Shown one piece after another: positions 52,069-62,800 of a stretch of DNA of 64,000 nt. Position numbers and translations under genes: made by a program. Source of the DNA: Lingula anatina (lineage: Eukaryota > Animalia > Brachiopoda); the NCBI GenBank assembly GCA_051362555.1, contig CM120649.1, positions 7,750,001 to 7,814,000 of the forward strand. The letters run 5' to 3'. Numbering within the stretch: position 1 is the first letter of the stretch; each line of letters starts with the position of its first letter. A model generated the notes under the pieces. The model was not told the origin of the DNA and ran no database searches. It was given only the letters and a program-made list of their open reading frames with translations.

Positions 52069-53777
52069 AACAAGGCAGCAAAGCTGTCAAATGTACAGAC
52101 AAAAAAACAGAAAATAAAGATGCAAATAAGTGAAAAATTAAATTTTCACAAAAAACTGTTAAATTGCCAGAAAAATTTACCAAACAGACTGCATTGCCTA
52201 TTGAAGCTGTATGTTAGACCCATGTTTCTTTCCTGTAAGTTTCAGAACAGTAAGTGACATGATTTCCCTTAAATGGTCATCATAGGAGCAGTGCCCAAAA
52301 TAGGTGTTTCTTCAAATTTTGATGCAACATTACATAATGTTGAACAGCATGATGACAATCAAATGTTATTAATAAAATATTAGTAACATGGACATTCAGA
52401 AAATGTGACAAGCAAAAGTCTTCAGGATCATGGAACTTTAAAGTCACACCTTGTAAATGCCAATATGTGAAAAATTAAATTTTCACAAAAAACTGTTTAA
52501 CTGCCAAAAAAAAAAAAAAAAAGAAAGAAAAAAAAAATACCAAACAGACTGCATTGCCTACTGAAGCTGTATTTTAGTCCCAGGTTTCTTTCCTGTAAGT
52601 TTGAGAACAGTAAGTGACATGATTTTCCTTAAATGGTCATCATGGAAGCAGTGCCCAAAATAGGGGTTTCTTCAAATTTTGATGCAATATTACATAATGT
52701 TTAACAGCTTAATGACCATCAATTTTTAATTATAAAATATTTGTATCACAGATATTCAGAAAATGTGACTAGCAAAGGTCTTCAGGCCCATGGAACTTCA
52801 AAGTCACACCTTGAAAATGCCAAAATGTAAACAAGACAGCACTGTTCTGAAATGGGTTTCTTTCCATTTTTAACACTTTTTTTAACATAAAACAAAATAA
52901 ACATTTTACTGCCATTTTTATATGACCAACTAAGAAAATTGATGAGATGGGAAAACTATCAATAGAACAGTGTTAAATGTCCAATTTCCTCCATTCTGAG
53001 ATTCTGAACATAGTGGATGATTGAATCTGACAAACTGCAATGATATGAGTTTATTTCCATTTTTGACACTTTATTACACAATACATGATAACAAGCTTAC
53101 CATGTTTTTTACACAATCAACTAACAATGTTGTAAAGATGCAGGAAATATCAAACAAACACTTTTAGGCATCTTATTAGTTAAATAATGAGACTGTTAAC
53201 ATGCCTAATAATTGAATCTGAAGACATGTGAAAAAACAGTATAACTTCTAAAATAATGGCCCGATTATGCTGATTTTCGAACTCATCCTGTCTTTTAGTA
53301 AGATTGACCACTCCTGTGAGTATAATTACAATTGGCCAATCTGTTTTTCTTATATTGTGTTATCAGTGTTGCATTTATATTGAAAATAGTGAAAAAACAG
53401 CATAAATTCCCTAAACATGGCCCAATCATACTGATTTTCGAACTTGACCTGTGTATTATGAATATTCATCAGTTCTGTAAGTTTCAAGTCAAAAGGTAAA
53501 ATGGTTTTCTACTTATCGTGTTATCGGTGCTGCATATATGCTGAAAAAAGTGAAAAAACAGCATAAATTCCCTAAAAGTGACCCGATCATGCTGATTTTC
53601 GAACTTGACCTGCGTATTATGAATATTCATCAGTTCTGCAAGTTTCAAGTCAAAAGGTAAAATGGTTTTCCACTTATCGTGTTATCGGTAAAAGTGCACG
53701 GCGACGACGGCGACGACGGCGACGACAGACGCAGATGATGGCTATATGTACAGACACATCTGTGTCTGTACATAAAA
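52069..53777 (-). mobile_element. Helentron-associated element (Cg_HINE/pearl-like) carrying internal tandem repeats
   Basis: Minus-strand 5' hairpin ATGTACAGACAC..GTGTCTGTACAT, (CGT/CGC) microsatellite, internal ~165-bp and ~340-bp repeats, 3' subterminal GTCTGTACAT plus hairpin CAGCTTTGCTG and CCTTGTT end. Inserted in the MITE that is intact at 21918-22138. Confidence 0.8.
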
Positions 53778-54730
53778 ATGCAATTGAGCCAGAATCCCCT
53801 CGGAAACAGAATAAGTCTGCTTGTACGATGGGGTTATGGGAATGGTCCCTTAGACCCCAGTAGGCCATTATTATAAATAAAAGAAACATTGGAAATGATA
53901 TCTACATTAGTATAAAATAGTTTATAAAACGAATACAACCGATACGTTATTAACTGGCTCCACACTATATTGTGCTGGCTACACAAAAAAAAAAAAAAAA
54001 CTATTTTCATTTGGATTATACAGGAATGTATAAGGGGCACTTGTGATGATTTTATTCAGATATCTAAACTAGAATACGAGAAAAAGCTTATCACAATTCA
54101 TGTGATACATTTGTTCCTTCACTCCGCTATTCCCTATGAAATGGAATGTGACAAATATATTTCAAACACTTCCTCAAAGTTAACACATGAAATATTTGCA
54201 ATGGATACACTACGATTTTGATAAACAAAACACGTAAACTTATAAAAAACATAAAACTAAGACTGCACCAAGGCATTTTGAATTTCCAAAGACTAGAAAT
54301 TCGATACAGCCTTACTTCAACAAAAGGATACGGCATTAGATCGTCTATCAAATTATATGTTACCCTTCACCAGTTATATTATAAATAAATTATAAATATT
54401 ACAAAATGCTACTCTGTACACAGACTACAAATGAAACAGTTTTCAGTGCGATACTATACATGTACTTGCAGAATTATGATACTTAATCAGACAAGTCTCC
54501 TATAACATGGAAACTATCTATCATAATTCACGTGATATATTTGCCCCTTGCTAGAGAACACAAACAGCCGTTTATCAGCAAAAAGAAAACCTATAAATAA
54601 CTATAATGAAAATTCTTTGTGAAAATGATTGACAATTTTTTTTCATATTTACATGACGTTTGAGAAATATTAATAAAATTCACACAGTATATGAATAACT
54701 CGGCTTAAACCCCCTTTCATTTAATATAAG

Positions 54731-54772
<42 letters not shown>

Positions 54773-55523
54773 CCACATTGACTGTAGATATTGTCACCTA
54801 CTGAAAGACATTTTGAAATACAGACCGAATATTTTACTTTCATAAGCAGGCAAGAGAAAAGTGATAAAAGGGGATACATTATTACAGAAAAGAAATAAGG
54901 AAAGTATTTATAAAAAATACACAGACGGGGAATGAAAATCCTGTTATAAATTTAGCCAAGGTAGGAAGATGGATATGTTCTTGAATTATGACAGGCTGGT
55001 TGAAGTTGTGGAATAAAAAATTGGACAAGATAAGGAGTGTCTGTAAATGACTGAAGAAAGTAAGTGTGAGTGCGGGCTGCAAACATAGGTAGCAAGACAA
55101 ACTCAAGAAATTAGTACTATTTCCACGGGAATCCCACCTAGAAATTAGCGTTCCTGCATAACAGGACATTTCCCATTGCCCCTGCAATTCGCAAAACAAC
55201 CTTTCCTCTACCTCTACGACCTCTCACTGCACTTAAAATCTGCAGGGGACGCAGGATCCTAAAATTCGTGCTTCAGGTTGTGACCAAGGCTTTATGGGGA
55301 CACTACTAAAGAAAATAGTCTGGCCTGTATTTGACTGGTTGATATGTATATTGATTTTGCTATTGCCTGTATATTGTTGTCCCATTGATATATAAATGCC
55401 ATGACCTTAGAAATGGAGTGATAAAAATATGATTCCACTTTGAGGCATTATGAAGCATTTGCTGAATGGTTCAATGAGTAAATACCCCTTTTATCCCAAG
55501 GAAAGCCATGGAAAAAGGGACGA

Positions 55524-56896
55524 TTAGACTATTGAGCAAAACTGTGCTCTGATGGCACTTTTTGGATAAATTTCCAATAATATTGAATCCCCTTTCACTG
55601 CAAGACATTTTTTTTTGTGATAAACAAGCGACTTTTTATACTCGCTCATTTTCTGCAGTTCAGGACCGATATTGTTGCAGGAACCAAGTATCTCCTTTCT
55701 CAATGCAAATCTTTTTTTAAAAAAAACAATCAAGTGACTCTTTATACTCACCCATGTCTCGTAGAACAACACTGATATTGCTGTAGGAGCTGGTGGTATC
55801 GGGGTGTTTTTGACCGAGTATCTCCTCTCTCAATGCAAGACATTTTTTAAATAATCAAGTGACTCTTTATACTCACCCATGGCATGCAGTACACCACCGA
55901 TTTGTTGTGAGAGTCGGCGGAATCGGGGTGTTTGGGACCAAGTATCTCCTCTCTCAATGCAAGACATTATTTGTGATAATCAAGTGACTCTTTATACTCA
56001 CCAATGGCCCGTAGTACAATACCGATATTGTTGTAGGAGCTGGCGGTATCGGGGTGTTTGGGACCAAGTATCTCCTCTCTCAATGCAAGACATTTTTTAT
56101 GATAATCAAGTGACTCTTTATACTCACCAATGGCCCGCAGTACAACACCGATATTGTTGTAGGAGCTGGCGGTATCGGGGTGTTTGGGACCAAGTATCTC
56201 CTCTCTCAATGCAAGACATTTTTTGTGATAATCAAGTGACTCTTTATACTCACCCATGGACTGCAGTACAGTACCGATATTGTCGTAGGAGGTGGCGGTA
56301 TCGGGGTGTTTGGGACCGAGTATCTCCTCTCTCAATGAGAGACATTTTTTGGCATTATCGAGTGACTCTTTATACTCACTCATGGCCCACAGTACAGCAC
56401 CTATATTGTTGTAGGAGGTGGCGAGTATCTCCTCTCTCAGTACAAGGGATTTTTTTTAGATAATCAAGTGACTCTTTATACTCACCCATGTACTCCAGTA
56501 CAGTGCCGATATTGTTGTAGGAGATGGTGGTAACGGGGTGTTTGGGACCAATGCAAGACATTTTTTGTGATAATCAAGAGACTCTTTATACTCACCCATG
56601 GCCTCCAGTGCAGTACCAACATTGTCGTAGGAGCTGGCGGTATCGGGGTGTTTGGGACCAAGTATTTCCTCTGTCAATGCAAGACATTTTTTATGATAAT
56701 CAAGTGACTCTTTATACTCACCCATGGCCTGCAGTACAGTACCGATATTGCTGTAGGAGGCGGCGGTTTCGGGGTGTTTGGGACCAAGTATCTCCTTTCT
56801 CAATGCAAGACATTTTTTATGATAATCAAGTGACTCTTTATACTCACCCATGGCCTGCAGTACAGTACCGATATTGTTGTAGGAGCTGGCGATTTC
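55524..56896 (-). pseudogene. Pseudogenised paralog of the STAND-TPR gene (TPR array and C-terminus), interrupted by an LTR element
   Basis: Same 126-bp TPR units with frameshifting deletions and stops (fragmented ORFs at 55524, 55967, 56376, 56456); ends ..RAQFCSIV. Confidence 0.9.
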
Positions 56897-59800
56897 TGTA
56901 ACTGCAGCCAGTAATGTTAGTTAGTGATTGCGATAGATGCTCTCACAAGATTGCGACGGAAGTATGCATTTTTTTTTGTTTGCGTTTATTTTACTACGCG
57001 GAAAAATAAGTTCTGCACGAAGATAGCTTACCTAACTTATCTTTTACACTTTGTGATTGTGTTTCTTTAAATTATTATTGTCTTTTGGTTTTCATTATTT
57101 ACATTTTTGCAGTTAAACATATATATATTTTTTACATTGTTAAAACGCAGTCATTTTTGTTCTTCCGGTACTATTTTTTTGTTATAAGATGTCCGAAACC
57201 ATGTGGTTTCATGCAAAAGAGCGCTTCACATTTATTATTATATAACAATAGTTAAAGGCTAATAATTTAAAATGCAAAAGTAACAATAATGTCCAAACCT
57301 AGAAGTAAGTCTTATAACTTAAGTGTGTAAGCGAAAGCGTGTAAGCGAAAGCCCTTATTAGAAAAACTGTATAACAAGTTAATGAGTATACTTAGATTGT
57401 AACGCAACGAAAGGTAAAATAATAACGAACGAAGTCTAAGTACTATATTTGTTTATTACAGGATTACAGTAAAGGGTATAGACATCAACGTTTTCACTGT
57501 TTAACTAATGGAGATCATGACTTGTATTTACGGAAGAATAAAAAGAATACAACTGCAATATGAGCCTCCGTTATAGTGAAAACGAGTCAACCAATTCCCT
57601 AACGAAGAAAAGAACTGTAACGATGACAGAAAAGGGAAAGGAATATTTTGTTGAGATACAAGGTAAAAGATGTAAGCGACTCTTTGGAGAACTGTCAAAA
57701 ATTATGGAACGGTGCAATGCCATGATTAAAGAAGGTGGTAGCAGTACACTACTCAGAGAAGAATATGCAGAATGGTTGCAGAATTGTGACCAATATTTTG
57801 AAATTGAAGATAATTTGTTGAAATTACAAAGCCATTCTGACACGGCAGTTATTGATGAGCCTCGCAGAAAAATATTATTGGAATTCAAGAGAATTATGGA
57901 GCAGAAATTATCATCAGTCACTGAGCACACTGAAGACTCCAAATCAGTCAGTACCAGATCAAGCACCAGTTCTTGTGGCTCCTCAAGGTCAAGTCTTCTG
58001 AAATTGGAAGAAGCACAGAAACAAGCCGAGTTGAGCATTCGTGCATCAGCCATGAAAGTCAAGCAGGAATTGGAGCGAGCAAGGTTAGAATTGAAATTTA
58101 AAGAGGAGGATTTAGAAATACAGACTAGTTTACGTGTATCTCAGGCTAAAGTTGATGCTTTAAATGAGTTTGACAAGATACACGTGCCCTCAGTTTCCCT
58201 GCCAGTGACTACAGAAGCATACACAACAGATGTTTCCCTGCCTGCAACTGCAGCTGTACACGTGCCCTCAGCTTCCCTGCCTGTGACTACAGCTGTTTAC
58301 ACGCCTGAGGTTGCAGTGCCTGTGTCTGCAGCTGTGCGCGTGCCCTCAGTTTCCCTGCCTGTGACTACAGCTGTGCGCGTGCCCTCAGTTTCCCTGCCTG
58401 TGACTACAGCTGTTTATACACCCGAGGTTTCCGTGCCTGTGACTGCAACTGTCTCATCATCAGAGGTTCCCGTGTCTGTGACTGCAGTTGCTTCAACATC
58501 AGAGGTTCCCGTGTCAGCATCTACAGCTATTCATGCACATATATTGTCCGTGCCTGCGACTACAGCTGCTTATACACCCGAGGTTTCTGTGCCTGTGACT
58601 ACAACTGTCTTACCACCAGAGGTTCCCCTGTCAGCGACTACAGCTGTTTATACATCAGAGGTTCCCGTGTCAGCGACTACAGCTGTTCATGCACATGTGA
58701 TGTCCGTGCCTGCGACTGCATCTGTCTATACTCCAGCTGCTTCCCTACCTGTGACTGCAGCTGTGCGTGTACCCTCAGTTTCCCTGTCTGCACCTGATGT
58801 TTCCGTGCCCATAGCTACAACTGCACATATGCATGCAGTCTCTACGCCTATGGCCACAACTGATCACACGCCAGCAGTTTCCCTCGATGGTTTAACAGAA
58901 GCTCTTCAACAGAGTTTGTCTTTAGGACGCCTACCTGTTCCAGAACCAAAGGTATTTGCAGGTAATCCATTGCTGTTTCCTGAATGGAAGAACTCCTTCT
59001 CTGTCTTAATTGGAAGAAAAGCCCTCAATGCTACTGAGAAACTCTTTTTTCTTAGGAAGTATACAGCAGGGCCTGCTGCTAAAATGATTCAGGGAGCTTT
59101 CTTAAGAACAGATGAAGCAGCATTTGATGATGCCTGGAGAAAGCTGAACGAAAGGTTTGGAGATGAGTTCCTGATACAGAAGTCTTTCAGAGAAAAGCTA
59201 GATAAATGGCCAAAGATTCCAGAAAAAGATGGAAATGCACTCAGAGACTACTCAGACTTTCTGAATGCTGTATGTGATGCCATGCCGCACGTCAAGGGAC
59301 TCACAGTTTTGAACGATTATAGTGAAAACAGGAAAATGGTTAACAAGCTACCACAGTTTGTATCACACAGATGGAATCGTCAAGTGACAAGGTCTATGAA
59401 GACTGAAGATTACCCCTCCTTTCGTGACTTTTGTGCTTTCCTGTCAGAAGAATCAGAAGTGGATTGCAATCCCATTACCTGTCCATTGGTGAACAAGGTG
59501 CATGATACGGTCAGAGCTCTAAATGTTAATGCTGGTGTAGCAGAGAAAAAATTGTGCACATATTGTGAGAAAGAAGGTCATTATATCTCTAGATGTCATG
59601 ACTTTGGCGCTTTAACGATATCCAGGAAAAGGGAGTTTGTGGTGAAAAAGAATTTGTGCTTTGGATGTTTAGGACAGGGACACAGAAACAGTGACTGCAG
59701 AAGAAAACATGTATGTGGTACCTGTAAGGGCAAGCATCCAACCTGCATGCACGAAGAAAGGCAGCCACCTACCAGCAGAGAAACTCAAAGTGTAAATTCT

Positions 59801-62800
59801 CTCAAAGTCAATCAGCATCACCGTCAGAGTAGCACCACCATGATAGTGCCTGTTTGGGTGTCTACACAGGAAAATCCAGAACGTGAGGTGTTGACCTATG
59901 CACTTTTAGATACACAGAGTGACACTACATTTTTATTAGAAGATACGGCTGCTGCTTTAAATGCTGAAACAGAGCATGCCACACTTAGTTTATCAACAAT
60001 GTCAACTCAAAAGTCCCTCATAGACAGCAAGAAAATCAGAAGATTGCGAGTAAGAGGATTCAAGTCTACTGAGACATTGGAGATTGATCAAGCATTCACT
60101 AGGCAGTTTATACCAGCTGACAGAACACAAATTCCTACGAGAAAAACTGTAACAGACTGGCAACATCTAAAGCCTCTTTTGAACAAGATTCCTCCCCTAC
60201 AGACTTGTGATGTGGGTTTACTCATAGGTTTTAATTGTCCACGAGCACTGCTACCCAGAGATACCCTAGTTGGTGGAAATAGTGAGCCATATGCAGTGCA
60301 GACTATACTTGGGTGGAGTATTGTTGGCTGCTCTTCAAGAGATAACTTAGCTTCAGTTTGTCACCGTGTGACGACAAAGGAGGTGTTTCCTTGTATGCCA
60401 AGAGACGTTATTAATGCCTTAGAAAAGGATTTTGTTCACGACAAGACCGAAGTTGAGATGTCTCAAGAAGATTTGCAGTTTTTGAGAGTACAAGAAACCA
60501 ATATACAGCAGTTGGATAATGGTCACATTCAGATGCCATTGCCATTCAGAAGACGACCAGCTCTCCCTGATAACAAGTCCCAGGCACTCCAACGCCTTGA
60601 TCATCTGAGACGCAAGTTTGAGCGAGATCCAAGTTATCGTGAATCGTACACGAGCATGGTGCAAGGTATTATAGACCGAGGTGAGGCTGAAGAAGCTCCA
60701 GATGATACCATTAAAGGAGAAGTATGGTACTTGCCACATCATGGAGTTTATCATCCACAGAAAGGAAAACTTCGTGTGGTATTTGATTGTTCTGCAACTT
60801 ACAAACAAACCTCACTTAATCAACATTTGCTAAGTGGTCCCGACTTAACAAGTAGCCTTCTAGGAGTTTTGATTAGATTTAGAGAACACCCAGTGGCAGT
60901 AGCATGTGATATTGAAAAAATGTTTCATCAATTCCTAGTGCAAGATAACGACAGAAATTACCTGCAATTTCTGTGGTGGAAAAATGGTGACATTACCAAG
61001 GAGCCAACGGTATTCAGGATGAAAGTACATCTTTTTGGGGCTACTTCATCGCCTGGTTGTGCCAATTTTGGTTTGAAATATCTTGCTAAAAGTTATGAGA
61101 ATGAATACCCATTGGCAGCAGAATTTATTAAGCATCACTTCTATGTTGATGATGGTTTGACCAGCTCTGATGACGCAGATACCGCCATTCAGATTATCGA
61201 TGAGGCAAGGAAATTGTGTGCCAGTGGAGGCATACGATTGCACAAGTTCTTGTCCAATAGCAGGGAGGTATTAGAAACGGTCCCAGAGTCTGAGCGTGCT
61301 ACAGAGGTAAATGGTGTGGATTTGAATAAAGACAGATTGCCAGTTTCCACTGCATTGGGATTACAGTGGAATGTAGAAGATGATGTTTTTCAGTACAGAG
61401 CTTTTACCAGTGAAGTCAAGGCAAAAACACGCAGGGGAGTGCTATCTACAGTGGTATCCGTGTATGATCCTCAAGGCTTTCTATCCCCATTTATTCTTAT
61501 TGGGAAGCAGATATTGCAACAAATGTGTAAAGAGAATTCTGCATGGGATGAAGAACTTTCCAATGATCTTATGCCACAGTGGGAAAAATGGTCTGAAGAA
61601 TTGAAGGATATTCAAAATATCAAGGTGGCCCGGTGTTTTATACCAAAGAACTTTGGAACAGTAACGCGAAGAGAACTTCATCATTTCTCTGATGCGAGTT
61701 TATCTGGATATGGACAATGTTCTTATATACGACTTGTGAACGAGAAAAACGAAGTACATTGTTCTCTTGTCATGTCAAAGGCCAGAGTAACTCCATTGAA
61801 GGTTATCACCCTACCAAGATTGGAGCTCAATGCTGCAGTAGTCTCTCTCAAAATGAGCAAAGTTCTTGAATCTGAGATGACAGAGAAGTACCGTCATTAT
61901 TTTTGGACAGATTCAAGGATAGTGCTAGGTTACATAAACAATGACACACGCAGATTTAAAATATATGTAGCCAACAGAGTAGAGCTGATCAAAGAAGCAA
62001 CTTCCCCACAGCAATGGCACTATGTAAGAAGTGAAGACAACCCTGCAGATCACGCATCAAGAGGTTTATCAGTGGAGAAGTTGAGAGACTCCACCTGGTT
62101 TACAGGACCAAGATTTCTTTGGAATCCTGATTTAGAGATGGCTGACATGCCCCACAATGATGTACAGTTACCAGAAATGGACCCAGAGATCAAAATGTCT
62201 TCTGTAAGGAGTACACAGACAGTAGAAAAGAAATCCATGATAGGAAGACTCGAGAAATTTTCAGATTGGTCTAGAGCAGTCAGAGCAATTGCAAGGCTCA
62301 AAAGAAGAGCAAGAGGTATCAAAAATGCAAGTCTCACTTCAGAAGAGGAAAGGCAAGAAACGACCACATTCTTGATAAAATTAGCTCAAGAACAGAAGTT
62401 CGAGGGAAAACCTCCTAGTTCAACATTGAACCCCTTTAAAGACAATAAAGGAGTAATTCGTGTGGGAGGAAGGCTAGGACAATCAAGTTTTGCCTTTTCT
62501 GTTCAGCATCCAGTAATATTACCCAAGGATAGCTATGTTCCAAAATTGATTGTATCTCATTTTCATAAACGCATTGGTCATATGGGCCGTGGTATGACTC
62601 TAAATGAAGTCAGAGCCAATGGATTTTGGATCCTTGCTGGAGGGAAGTTGACATCTGAAATTATTCACAGATGTGTTACATGCAGGAAAATGAGAAAACC
62701 AGTGGAAGAGCAGAAAATGGCAGATTTGCCTTCTGATCGTGTGGAAGCATCAAATGGACATGATGCTTCTGATCGTGTGGAAGCATCATGTCCATTTGAA

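Larger units (their letters stand above)
45228..56896 (+). repeat. Segmental tandem duplication, copy B of about 13691-28030 (VWA8 3' end, CHST, TPR gene); likely resumes beyond the LTR element
   Basis: Collinear homology of exons, UTRs and intergenic DNA with offsets of about 31.5 to 29 kb. Each copy has private TE insertions. Confidence 0.93.
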
